This document shows, piece by piece, positions 29,854-39,408 of a stretch of 64,000 nucleotides of DNA; positions within the stretch are counted from its first letter, which is position 1, and each line of letters starts with the position of its first letter. The stretch lies in NCBI GenBank assembly GCA_965214605.1, contig OZ243961.1:2368001-2432000 (forward strand), read 5' to 3'. The position numbers and the translations under genes were made by a program. The notes below the pieces were generated by a model. The model was given only the letters and a program-made list of their open reading frames with translations. It had not been told where the DNA came from and searched no databases. This DNA comes from an uncultured Candidatus Binatia bacterium (GTDB taxonomy: Bacteria > Desulfobacterota > Binatia > Bin18).

Positions 29854-31473
29854 CTAATACCGCCCAAACGGCGGAGCATCAATTGTCGTTTGCAGCTCAA
29901 TCAGGTGCATTTCATCACGGCTGAGCGAGTTCTCCAGAGCTTCGGCCAAACCCTCGGGCGAGTTGACCCGGCTTGCGGCCACGCCAAAGGCGGTGGCAAA
30001 GGTCATAAAATCCGGATTTGTCAAACGGGCCTGATACTCCTCTTGATAGGCTGTGCGCTGCAAGTAGCCGATCACTCCATAGGCGTTATCGTTTACCACA
30101 ATCAGCGGAAAGCCGATCTGGTGATGCACACAGGTGGCAAGCTCCTGAGCGGTGTACAAAAAGCCACCGTCGCCAATAACGGCGACGACCGGTTTGTCCG
30201 GACAGGCGACTTTGACGCCGATTGCAGCCGGAAAGCTAAAGCCTAAGAGTCCCGAGCCCTTGGCGCCGACCAGACCGTTTGGCCGATAGGAGGGGTAAAA
30301 ATATTCGGCCCAGTAGGCGAGCTGGGTGTTGTCAATCACCAGCGCGCTGTCCCGCGCTAAGACCTGACGGATTGTTTTGAGATAGCGCACGGCGGCTAAC
30401 TCGTGCTCAAGGCGGGACAGCGCCTCATCCGCCTGCTGACGCCAGACCTTGACCCGTTGCTGGCGGGGACCGGTGTACGGCTCGCCCTCTAATCGACCGC
30501 GTAGTTCACGCGTAATTGCCGGCACGTCACCAATGAGGGGGAGCGGAGTTGGGTAATTTCTGCCAATCCAGCGTTCGTCCCAATCGATATGAATGACCTG
30601 CTCGGGCAGCACCAGCCCGCGTCGCTTGGCGTCGACCTCACGGAGACGAGTCCCAACCACAAGAGCCACATCACAGTGTGGCATGACCTCGTGGATGGCT
30701 AGACGACGGGCCGCATTGCCCAAAGACAGGGGGTGATCTTCGGCAATCACCCCTTTGCCCGGCGTACTCGTCAGCACCGGGGCGCACAACGCTTGCGCAA
30801 GTGCGCTAATATCGGCCGTCAGCCCGGCGCGGACCGCGTCCGTGCCGGTCAGTATGATCGGCTGTTTGGCTCGGCGCAAAAGGGCGACGGCTTCGTTAAG
30901 CCGGCGCGGCATTGGCGGAGGCGTCGACGGGTCGGGAACGCTGGCCGGCGGGCTCGGTGGGGTCAGCTCGCCGGCCAGCACGTCGGTCGGAACTTCTACA
31001 CACACCGGGCCGGGCCGTCCGCTGGTGGCCAACCGGATTGCCCGCGTCGTGAGCGCCCGAAGATCCTCCCCGGAGCGAGGCGTAAAAGTTGCTTTGGTGA
31101 GGGTCCGGAACAGAGAGGTTTGTTCCTCAAGTTCGTGGAGGGCGCCCAAGCCCAGGCCGATTTTTGCCGCGTCGATATTACTCGTCAGCATCAGGACCGG
31201 TGAACAGCTCCCCCAGGCTTCCTGTAGCGCAGAAACCGTAAAACCGGCGCCCGGTCCGGTAGAGGCAATAATGACGCCAAGACCCGTGAGGCGAGCGTAG
31301 CCGTCGGCCATATGGGTCGCCGCGGCCTCGTGACGACAGACAATATGCCGGATGGACGGTTCGCGGCGGAGGGCGTCATAGATGCTAATATTATGAATGC
31401 TGGGGATGCCGAAGATGGTGTCTACTCCGGCGTCTTTCAGCGCCTGGACAACCCCGTCTGCTCCGCGTGGCAT
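29854..31473 (-). CDS. Thiamine diphosphate-dependent enzyme (acetolactate synthase-like superfamily)
   Basis: FGIPS, RHEAAATHMADGYAR, TGPG and the GDGGF...NDNAYG ThDP motif. Confidence 0.93.
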   Translation of the reverse strand: MPRGADGVVQALKDAGVDTIFGIPSIHNISIYDALRREPSIRHIVCRHEAAATHMADGYARLTGLGVIIASTGPGAGFTVSALQEAWGSCSPVLMLTSNIDAAKIGLGLGALHELEEQTSLFRTLTKATFTPRSGEDLRALTTRAIRLATSGRPGPVCVEVPTDVLAGELTPPSPPASVPDPSTPPPMPRRLNEAVALLRRAKQPIILTGTDAVRAGLTADISALAQALCAPVLTSTPGKGVIAEDHPLSLGNAARRLAIHEVMPHCDVALVVGTRLREVDAKRRGLVLPEQVIHIDWDERWIGRNYPTPLPLIGDVPAITRELRGRLEGEPYTGPRQQRVKVWRQQADEALSRLEHELAAVRYLKTIRQVLARDSALVIDNTQLAYWAEYFYPSYRPNGLVGAKGSGLLGFSFPAAIGVKVACPDKPVVAVIGDGGFLYTAQELATCVHHQIGFPLIVVNDNAYGVIGYLQRTAYQEEYQARLTNPDFMTFATAFGVAASRVNSPEGLAEALENSLSRDEMHLIELQTTIDAPPFGRY

Positions 31474-31489
31474 GCCAACTCCCTTCTCC

Positions 31490-32677
31490 CTACTTAATCA
31501 CGCCCTGTTGCAGCAGCCGCTCTAGCTCCGCATCCTTGCATCCCAGCTCGTGCAGGACTTCCCGCGTGTGCTGACCCAGGGTGGGCGGAGCCAAACGTAC
31601 CGCACCTGGTGTCTTTTTCAGCTTGGCCGGGATACCGCCGACCTTGATCTTTCCGACCCGGGCATGTTTAACCTCGACCGCCATCCTGTTGTGCTCCACC
31701 TGCGGGTCGGCAAAGGTTTCACGGTAGGTATTCACCGGGGCAGCCATCACGTCGGCCTCAGTCAGGCGACGCATCATCTCGTCGCCGTCGTGGTGGCCAA
31801 ACGCGGCCTGAATCTCGGCGTTCAGGGCCGCCTCGTGTTCCAGCCGACTTTCGCCGGTCTCAAAGCGGGGGTCGCTGATCAGATCCTCCCGGTCGAGCGC
31901 GCGGCAGATGTTGTGGAAGAACTTGTTGTTAAACGACGCAATCTGGATCTCCCGCCCGTCCCGACAGGTGAAGGTCCCGTACGGGGCGTAAAACGGGCTG
32001 GCGTTCCCGACCTTGGGTTGAATATAGCCCTGAAGAAAGAACTGGTCGATCTGAGCCGGCTGGACGTGAAGCAAGCCGTCCATCAGACACAGCTCAATCT
32101 GTTGGCCGATGCCCTGTTGTTCCCGTACCCACAGCCCAACCATAGCCGAGAGGGCAACCAAGTTTGCGCAGGTCGCATCGGCAATGGCCGGGCCGGCCTT
32201 GAGCGCCTTGCCGTTCTTCTCTCCCGTCACGTTCATAAAACCGGTCAGAGCCTGAGCCAGCGGATCAATACCCGGCCGACCCCCGTAGGGACCGTCCTGG
32301 CCAAAGGCGCTGACCGTAATGCAGATGATCTTGGGGTTATATTTGCAGTTTTCTTGGTAGGAAATCCCAAGCTTGGCTTTGGCCTGGGGGCGCAGATTAT
32401 CAACGATAATGTCGGCGGTACGGACCAACCGAAAATACAACGCTTTGCCCTCGGGCTTAGTCAGGTCAAGAACAATGCCGCGCTTATTGCGGTTAATACC
32501 GAGGTAGAAGCCGCTGTCGTTGTCGACTTTGGGCCCAATCGCCCGCGACTCATCGCCGTACGGCGGCTCAATCTTGACCACATCCGCGCCCATATCGCCG
32601 AGCATCGTCGCGCCATACGGGCCGGCTAGCATACTGGCGATATCAAGCACCCGAATGCCTGCAAGCGGTAATGCCAT
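31490..32677 (-). CDS. CoA transferase family III (CaiB/BaiF)
   Basis: PLAGIRVLD, AGPYG...GADVVKIEPP, NRNKR and APPTLGQHT. Start MALPL at 32677. Confidence 0.95.
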   Translation of the reverse strand: MALPLAGIRVLDIASMLAGPYGATMLGDMGADVVKIEPPYGDESRAIGPKVDNDSGFYLGINRNKRGIVLDLTKPEGKALYFRLVRTADIIVDNLRPQAKAKLGISYQENCKYNPKIICITVSAFGQDGPYGGRPGIDPLAQALTGFMNVTGEKNGKALKAGPAIADATCANLVALSAMVGLWVREQQGIGQQIELCLMDGLLHVQPAQIDQFFLQGYIQPKVGNASPFYAPYGTFTCRDGREIQIASFNNKFFHNICRALDREDLISDPRFETGESRLEHEAALNAEIQAAFGHHDGDEMMRRLTEADVMAAPVNTYRETFADPQVEHNRMAVEVKHARVGKIKVGGIPAKLKKTPGAVRLAPPTLGQHTREVLHELGCKDAELERLLQQGVIK

Positions 32678-32854
32678 AGATCCCCCTTTGGACAGTGGAG
32701 CGGTGATTGTGGCCAGAGACGGTAGCACACCGAACGAGGCCCCGCAAAGAAGACCGTCTTGGCCGACGGCTTGCCCTTTTCTTCCCTCCGCTCTATATGG
32801 TATGCCGCGCGTGGGAGAAAGCGAGTGTGAACCACAAGAAAAGGAGGAAATCGT

Positions 32855-33142
32855 ATGCCGCTGTATCTCGATGAAATCTACTGGAATCCAGATCGGACCA
32901 GCGAGGTGAAGGCCATATTTAAGGGGGTGCTCGACGGGACGACGGGTTTTCCCGAAGGGGTCAGCCTGAAAGCCGGTCCGTGGGCTTCCAACGAGGAGCC
33001 GAAAATAGTCCTCGTCCTTGACATCCAAGACCATGCCAAGACGTTTGAGACGTTTCAGGGACTCGTAGCCAAGGGGGTCATTGCCAAGCGCCGGCTGACC
33101 CCGATTGTTGAATGGGGGTCGATGGATGGGGTGGCCGGCTAA
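32855..33142 (+). CDS. Small ferredoxin-like-fold hypothetical protein (DUF3303-like)
   Basis: AAGGAGG RBS. FPEGVSLKAGPW...LTPIVEW pattern. Confidence 0.6.
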   Translation: MPLYLDEIYWNPDRTSEVKAIFKGVLDGTTGFPEGVSLKAGPWASNEEPKIVLVLDIQDHAKTFETFQGLVAKGVIAKRRLTPIVEWGSMDGVAG

Positions 33143-33183
33143 CCCCTTGTCCGGTTCAACTTCTTAGGAAAAAGTTTGCCGCC

Positions 33184-33738
33184 ATGCCGCTTTCTCCCAG
33201 CCCGCTTGCCGTGACCGTATTTTGCTCCTCAAGTCGACGGTTGTCTGCGGTCTATACCGCCCAAGCCGAAGTGTTAGGCCGGCTGATCGCCCGGCGTGGT
33301 CACACCCTAGTATATGGCGGCGGCAGGATCGGCCTGATGGGCGCGCTGTCCTGCGCCGCGCTGGCCGAGGGCGGGCGGGTCACAGGGGTGATCCTCAAGG
33401 ACTTTCTTGATCAGGGCTATGGCCAGGACGGCCATGAGATGTCCGTTGTGACCGACATGCGTGCCCGCAAACAGGGCTTGGAAGAGCTGGGCGATGCCTA
33501 TATCGCGCTACCTGGCGGCTTTGGTACGGTGGAAGAGGTCTTTGAGGTCCTGGTCCTCAAACAGCTCGGCTTCCACGTCAAGCCGATCGTCTTTGTGAAC
33601 ACCAACCAGTTCTTCACCCCGTTGCTGACCTTTTTTGACCGGGCTTTTGAGGAGGCGTTCATCCACGAACGCTTTCGTGATCTCTACAGCGTAGTAGACA
33701 CTCCCCAAGCCGCCCTTGATCTGATCGAAACGGCCTAG
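33184..33738 (+). CDS. LOG family nucleotide phosphoribohydrolase (TIGR00730)
   Basis: VFCSSS, LVYGGGRIGLMG, MRARK and PGGFGTVEE. Confidence 0.93.
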   Translation: MPLSPSPLAVTVFCSSSRRLSAVYTAQAEVLGRLIARRGHTLVYGGGRIGLMGALSCAALAEGGRVTGVILKDFLDQGYGQDGHEMSVVTDMRARKQGLEELGDAYIALPGGFGTVEEVFEVLVLKQLGFHVKPIVFVNTNQFFTPLLTFFDRAFEEAFIHERFRDLYSVVDTPQAALDLIETA

Positions 33739-33755
33739 CGGGACGGAGGAAGCCG

Positions 33756-34661
33756 ACGAACCCTGTCCGCCACACAGCCCTGCTTGTCGCCGCCGCGGTC
33801 TTCCTGCTGCTCGACCGCGCCGCTCAGGCCCACACCCCGGAGGTTTCTTTTGAGCGCGGTCTGTTGTGGAAAATCGAGAGCTGCAACCCCCAGTGCTCAC
33901 GACCGAGTTATCTGTTTGGCACGATTCATTCTGCCGACTCGCGGGTTGTCCGGCTCCCCGCGCCGGTGCAAGCCGCTTTTGACGAGAGCGAGCATTTTTG
34001 CATGGAAGTCGTGCTGGACACGCCGGCCTTTGCTGCCTTGGCCAGGAGCATGATCTTACCACCTGGACACACGCTCCGGGGCATGCTCGGACCGGAGCTC
34101 TTTGACGCCGTTACGCCGTTGATGGGAGAACGTGGCGTGCCGCCACACTCCCTGCTGCGGCTGAAACCCTGGGCGGTGTACGCCATCCTGAACTCCCCCC
34201 GGCAAAAGGCTGGTCAAGTCCTGGATATGGTGCTGTATCGCCGCGCAAGGCAGCAGGGCAAATCTACCTGTGGCCTGGAAACTGTAGAGGAGCAGGTGGC
34301 GATTTTTAGCACCGCCGCCGTTGAGGAGCAGCGTCTTCTGCTGCGCGATACCGTCATCCGCTATACCCAGCTGTCCGCCCTGTCTGCCCGTCTGATCGCT
34401 CGCTACCTGGCCCGTGATCTGGCCGGACTGGTAGGGGCCAGCGAGGAGAGCGGGCCGACCGATGCCGCGGTCAAGCGCGTCTTTGACGAGTTCGTGCGGC
34501 GTGGACTCGACCAACGCAATCTGCGTCTGCTGGACCGCATGGACGCCGCACTCCGAGAGGGTGGAACGTTCATCGCTGTTGGCGCCCTGCACTTGCCTGG
34601 CGAACAGGGCTTGTTGCGGCTCCTGCACCAACAGGGCTATACCCTTGAAGCCATGTACTGA
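33756..34661 (+). CDS. TraB/GumN family protein
   Basis: LLWKIE...SYLFGTIH, GLETVEEQ, LDQRN and FIAVGALHLPGEQGLL. The in-frame signal peptide begins at an ACG at 33756. The track starts the gene at TTG 33864. Confidence 0.88.
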   Translation, partial: TNPVRHTALLVAAAVFLLLDRAAQAHTPEVSFERGLLWKIESCNPQCSRPSYLFGTIHSADSRVVRLPAPVQAAFDESEHFCMEVVLDTPAFAALARSMILPPGHTLRGMLGPELFDAVTPLMGERGVPPHSLLRLKPWAVYAILNSPRQKAGQVLDMVLYRRARQQGKSTCGLETVEEQVAIFSTAAVEEQRLLLRDTVIRYTQLSALSARLIARYLARDLAGLVGASEESGPTDAAVKRVFDEFVRRGLDQRNLRLLDRMDAALREGGTFIAVGALHLPGEQGLLRLLHQQGYTLEAMY

Positions 34662-35387
34662 AGTAAGGGGAACGATCTGATAAGGTCGTCGTTATCCTTG
34701 TTGACCTTTTTGCCGGCTCTTATCGCTCTGGGCGGTCGCCTAGTGGCCTTGGCAGGAGGGCTCAGGCTTCGCCCCTTGAGATTTCCTCGGCACAGATGCC
34801 GTCCGGAAGCAAGTCGGCTGAAGCACGCTCCGGCCAGACAAGGCGTTCACGACGATTCTGGACCACCCCAAAAGCGGGCTGGATGTTTGCCGGCCATCTC
34901 CAGCGGTGCACCTTGCTCGTGTTGATAGAGGAGGGGGCCGCATGCTTTTAGGCGGGCTGTTGCCGATTCGCTTGCCGCACGCGGCCTTGCGACCTGCTCT
35001 CCTCATATGGGGCAGGACACTAAGCGTCCTCATCCCAGCCCGATTTGAGTCGCAACGCGCTGTTCGGCTCTAACAGGGCGGGTCAGCCGCGGTGAGCATC
35101 TGACCCGAGATTCAGCCGCTGATGCTCTTCTGATATGGGGCCGCGCGACACTCTGACCGGACTCGCCCTGATGCGTCGCCTAGGAAGACGGGCGAGCCTG
35201 TACGCGGGCGGTGCCCCCCTCTTTCGCATGTTCTCAAGCGCTCGGGTCATCCCGATGAGCTGGGAGGAGCAGAGCTGGCAATGCAGACGGTTGGGCAGGG
35301 CTGAGATATGTGTTCGGACCGACTACCCAAAGGCCCATAACTGCTCTATAAAGAGATCCTGGTACTTTGGAATTAGAGGTTTTCTGT

Positions 35388-36371
35388 ATGCTAGGCCCCA
35401 TTCCCGATTTTTCCTCACGGGCATGCCACACGGGTGGCCCGCTCCGCCGGGCGCGTATTGAGAGTCTGCAGATCAACCTGGGTAAACTGTGTAACCAGGC
35501 GTGTCTGCACTGTCACGTTGATGCCGGTCCCAAGCGGACCGAGATCATGGGCCGGGCAACGGTCGACCTGGCGCTGGACTTGGTCCGCGCGGCTGACGTC
35601 CACACGGTCGATATTACGGGCGGTGCGCCGGAGCTCAATCCGTCTTTTCGATATGTCGTAAAAACCCTGCGTGATGAGGGGCGTCAGGTCATCGACCGCT
35701 GTAATCTCACGGTCCTGTTCGAGTCCGGGCAAGAAGACCTCGCCGAATTTCTCGCTCTGATGGGGGTAGAAATTATCGCCAGCTTGCCGTGTTACTCCGA
35801 GGAGAATGTCACAAAGCAACGTGGTCAGGGAGTGTACGATAAGTCGATTCGGGCTCTGCGGATATTAAACGCCCTGGGCTACGGTCAGGACGACTCGGGG
35901 CTGATGTTGAACCTCATCTATAACCCGGCAGGGCCCCACCTGCCCCCCCCGCAACAGCAGCTGGAAGCGGACTATAAGCGTGAACTCGGTACGCACTTCG
36001 GTCTGGTTTTCAACCAGCTGTACACCATAACGAATATGCCGATCGCCCGGTTTGCCCACAGTCTGGAGCGTGATAGGCAGCTCGACGCCTATCTACGACT
36101 GCTGGCTGATGCGTTTAATCCGGCAACGGTGGAGAGCTTGATGTGTCGCTCTCAGGTGAGCGTGTCCTGGGACGGTTTTATGTACGACTGCGACTTCAAC
36201 CAGATGCTTAACCTCACTCTTGGCCAGACCGAACCCCTGCGCTTGGGAGAGCAGTCGGCCGACGAACTCGTCCGGGCCCTGGAACGTCGTGCCATCGTGG
36301 TCGGCTCTCACTGTTACGGCTGTACGGCAGGAGCGGGGAGTTCGTGCGGAGGAGCCTTGTCCCCATCCTAA
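35388..36371 (+). CDS. arsS: ArsS-family radical SAM protein (arsenosugar biosynthesis family, DUF3641)
   Basis: LQINLGKLCNQACLHCHVDAGPKRTE, DITGGAPELNP, YDCDFNQML and HCYGCTAGAGSSCGGAL. Confidence 0.9.
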   Translation: MLGPIPDFSSRACHTGGPLRRARIESLQINLGKLCNQACLHCHVDAGPKRTEIMGRATVDLALDLVRAADVHTVDITGGAPELNPSFRYVVKTLRDEGRQVIDRCNLTVLFESGQEDLAEFLALMGVEIIASLPCYSEENVTKQRGQGVYDKSIRALRILNALGYGQDDSGLMLNLIYNPAGPHLPPPQQQLEADYKRELGTHFGLVFNQLYTITNMPIARFAHSLERDRQLDAYLRLLADAFNPATVESLMCRSQVSVSWDGFMYDCDFNQMLNLTLGQTEPLRLGEQSADELVRALERRAIVVGSHCYGCTAGAGSSCGGALSPS

Positions 36372-36390
36372 GACGTTTAAGGAGACGACG

Positions 36391-37434
36391 ATGGATTTCG
36401 GTGTGATCTTTCTCTCCTACGTTGAGAGCTACAAGGACGTGGCTCTGGCCGAGAGCCAGGGGTTTAGCCACGCCTGGTTTGGCGATTCACAGATGGTTTG
36501 GGCCGATGTCTACCAATGCATGGCCCTGTGTGCAGCCAACACGACGACGATCAAACTAGGAACCAACGTCACCAACCCCAGTTCGCGTATTGCTCCGGTG
36601 ACGGCTGGTAATTTTGCGACCCTCAACATTCTTGCCCCAGGCCGGGTTATTATGGGTATCGGTACCGGCAATACTTCTCGGCGGACGCTCGGTATGCCGG
36701 CGGCGAGGCTTGCCGAGCTGCGGACCCATATCGACGTGTGCCGCGGCCTGCTGAGCGGAGCGACCGTCCCGTATCAGGAGGGCGAGCGGCGCCGTATGAT
36801 CCGGTTCCTCAATCCCGACGCCGGGTTCATCAATCTGACCGATCCCATCCCGGTATATGTGGCTGGCAGCGGACCCAAGACGCTGGAGCTGGCCGGAGAA
36901 ATCGGTGACGGGGTGATCCTGTTTGGGACGGTCGGCGACAGTCTGCTCAAGTACACGCTGAGCCATGTCCGGCGCGGAGCCGAACGGGTGGGGAAGCGGC
37001 TGGAGGACTTGTATATCTTGGTCCTCACCGCCCTGCACTTTACCAAACCCGGAGAGGGCTTGGCTGACCTCCAGCGAGCGGTGGGGCCGGTGGTCGTCTC
37101 GGAGTGCAACATCTTTGCTCTGTCGGTGACCGATCCCTACCAACTGCCGGGCGACATTCGGGATGAGCTTATGACCTTTAAGAGTGCCTATCGCACGCCG
37201 ACCGCTCCGATCGAGACCCGCCATCTCGACCTGTACACCGGCTACGGCGCTGAGTTTAAGCCCGAGCACACGCCGCTGGTCACAGAGCGGATGATTAAGG
37301 AGACCACCCTGACCGGGACGCCCGAGGAGATTCGAGAGCGTATCCACAATATGCAAGCCCTGGGAGTGAAGCAGGTGGCGGTGGCGGCAAGAGTCCCCGA
37401 GATGACCGATTTTGCTGCCCACATCATTCAATAG
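36391..37434 (+). CDS. LLM-class (Mer-like) oxidoreductase
   Basis: AWFGDSQM, LGTNVTNP, PGRVIMGIGTG and GPKTLELAGEIGDGV. AAGGAG RBS. Confidence 0.92.
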   Translation: MDFGVIFLSYVESYKDVALAESQGFSHAWFGDSQMVWADVYQCMALCAANTTTIKLGTNVTNPSSRIAPVTAGNFATLNILAPGRVIMGIGTGNTSRRTLGMPAARLAELRTHIDVCRGLLSGATVPYQEGERRRMIRFLNPDAGFINLTDPIPVYVAGSGPKTLELAGEIGDGVILFGTVGDSLLKYTLSHVRRGAERVGKRLEDLYILVLTALHFTKPGEGLADLQRAVGPVVVSECNIFALSVTDPYQLPGDIRDELMTFKSAYRTPTAPIETRHLDLYTGYGAEFKPEHTPLVTERMIKETTLTGTPEEIRERIHNMQALGVKQVAVAARVPEMTDFAAHIIQ

Positions 37435-37435
37435 G

Positions 37436-37482
37436 CTGAGAATTGGAAGGAGGAGCAACGCGTCTCGCCTTCCAATTCTCAG
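37436..37482. terminator. Inverted repeat between convergent genes (possible bidirectional terminator)
   Basis: CTGAGAATTGGAAGG ... CCTTCCAATTCTCAG forms perfect 15-bp arms right after the LLM stop. There is no clear U-tract. Confidence 0.6.
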
Positions 37483-37537
37483 ACGTCAGACACGAAGAAG
37501 GCCGGCCATCCCCCACGAATTTTTGGGCTCGTGCTCC

Positions 37538-39394
37538 TCACCGTGCCCCTCGATAAAAGAACATCAGCGTACACAGAATCGCCCCAAGCGTCAGCAGCGT
37601 TGTCAGCCCGTCCGGCAGCCCGAGCGACAGACGCGAAACCCCGACACTCGCCAGCAGGGCCAGTCCGACTCCCATCAATGCCTCACCGGCAATTGCTCCG
37701 GAGGCCAGGAGTACTCCGGGCTGGACTTGTTGTGAGCGCCCGGCGGTTTCCCTGGTGAGCAAGTAGGCCACAATCCCACCGACCAAAATCGGTACCGACA
37801 GCCCGAACGGCAGATAGATGCCGACCGCGATCGGCATCAGGTGGGCCCGAAACGTGGTATCCCGCAGCTGGAGCAGGCTATCGACCATCAGAATACAGAC
37901 GCCCAAGCCCGCTCCTAGGCCGACGAGCGACCACGGGAGGTGACCGTCCCCAAAAAAGCCCCGGGCCAGGCTGGCAAACAGCTGAGCTTGCGGAGCAGCC
38001 AGCTCTTTACCGCCGATACCGCCCGGCGTGTGATCGTGCAACAGTTGCAGCACGGGGGCCATGACCAGTGCCGCTACCGTCACACCGGCAATTTGCATGA
38101 CTTGCTGGCACCATGGAGCCGCTCCCACCAGCTGACCCGTCTTGAGGTCATTGCACACGTCACCGGCCGTACACGCCGTGCAACAGACAATCGCCGCCAC
38201 GCCTAAAGTCGCCAACATGCCGGTGGTGCCGCTGAAGCCAAACAGAAACAGCAGCCCGCCGGTAAACAGCACCGCTGTAATCGTCATCCCCGAAACCGGA
38301 CTGTTCGAGTTCCCGACCAGTCCCACAATGTAACTTGCCACCGCGGTGAAGAAAAAAGCCATGACCAGCATAATCAGCGTCGTCAGCAGACTGACTCCGA
38401 GCCGCTGAGTGAGGACGGTGTAGAGTACGCCGATGAGCACGACACATACGACGCTGAGGGTTACGATCGTGCCAAAGGACATATCGCGCGTCGCAGCAGG
38501 GGCGGTCTGATCGGTCTGTGTGGCGGTTCCAAACAGAAGGTGGAGGACCTGGACAAGTCCGTGCCGAACCTGGACAATGGCCGCAATGCCGCCGACTACC
38601 ATCGCGCCAACACCGACATAGCGAACCTGGCTCGACCAGATCGCATACGCGCCCTCAAGCGGATCAGCGAGCAGTTGTGGAGACGCGCCCAGAATCGGCA
38701 GGATCACCAGCCAGCCCAGGGCACCGCCCATGAAGATGAGCAGGGCGATATTGAGCTGGACAATCATCCCAACGCCAAGCAGAGCGACCGAAATATCTCC
38801 ACCCAGATAGAAGATCCGGTGTCCTAGCGCGACCGCCCCTTCTAGGCTGCCTTTGAGCAGTCCCATAAAGCTGATCAGGACTTTACAAACAAAGCCAAAC
38901 ACGGCGCCGTGGATGACCGCCCGGGCGTCAGCGGCGCTGGCTTGAGTCTGCTGGCCGGTTCGCAGCACGGCCGCACAGGCCACGCCTTCGGGAAACTTCA
39001 GGGCCGGGTTTGGGGGCACGACAAAAACGCGCCGGAGAGGAATCATCAGCAGGACGCCCAACAGTCCACCACTAAAGGCGATCAGCGTGGTGAGGACAAC
39101 GTCAAAGCGTTGCCACACCCCGATGAGGACGAGGGCGGGCATGGTAAAGATAATACCGGCGGCCAGCGACTCACCGGCCGAGGCGGCCGTTTGGGCTTGG
39201 TTGGCTTCGAGAATCGTCCCGCCTCGCATCACGACCCGGAGGAGCACCATGGCCAGCACCGCCGCCGGAATAGAAGCCGAGACGGTCATGCCGACTTTTA
39301 GTCCGAGGTAGACGTTGGCTGCGCCCATGACGACCGACAAGACTAGGCCGAGGAGGACGGTCCTCAGGGTCAATTCAGGCATCCGTGCTTGCAT
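37538..39394 (-). CDS. OPT family oligopeptide transporter
   Basis: PELTLR, ANVYLGLKVGMTVSASIPAAV, FPEGVAC, SNSPVSG, DLKTG and APQA. Confidence 0.95.
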   Translation of the reverse strand: MQARMPELTLRTVLLGLVLSVVMGAANVYLGLKVGMTVSASIPAAVLAMVLLRVVMRGGTILEANQAQTAASAGESLAAGIIFTMPALVLIGVWQRFDVVLTTLIAFSGGLLGVLLMIPLRRVFVVPPNPALKFPEGVACAAVLRTGQQTQASAADARAVIHGAVFGFVCKVLISFMGLLKGSLEGAVALGHRIFYLGGDISVALLGVGMIVQLNIALLIFMGGALGWLVILPILGASPQLLADPLEGAYAIWSSQVRYVGVGAMVVGGIAAIVQVRHGLVQVLHLLFGTATQTDQTAPAATRDMSFGTIVTLSVVCVVLIGVLYTVLTQRLGVSLLTTLIMLVMAFFFTAVASYIVGLVGNSNSPVSGMTITAVLFTGGLLFLFGFSGTTGMLATLGVAAIVCCTACTAGDVCNDLKTGQLVGAAPWCQQVMQIAGVTVAALVMAPVLQLLHDHTPGGIGGKELAAPQAQLFASLARGFFGDGHLPWSLVGLGAGLGVCILMVDSLLQLRDTTFRAHLMPIAVGIYLPFGLSVPILVGGIVAYLLTRETAGRSQQVQPGVLLASGAIAGEALMGVGLALLASVGVSRLSLGLPDGLTTLLTLGAILCTLMFFYRGAR

Positions 39395-39408
39395 GGGCGC
39401 TCTCCGAA

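Noticed and set aside
34670-35380. Relic of an arsenosugar-associated glycosyltransferase (TIGR04282-like) upstream of arsS
   Set aside because: The resemblance is only a few scattered residues and cannot be supported without a search.
36345-36347. Selenocysteine in the ArsS C-terminal SS(C/U)GG motif
   Set aside because: The codon is TGC (Cys), not TGA.
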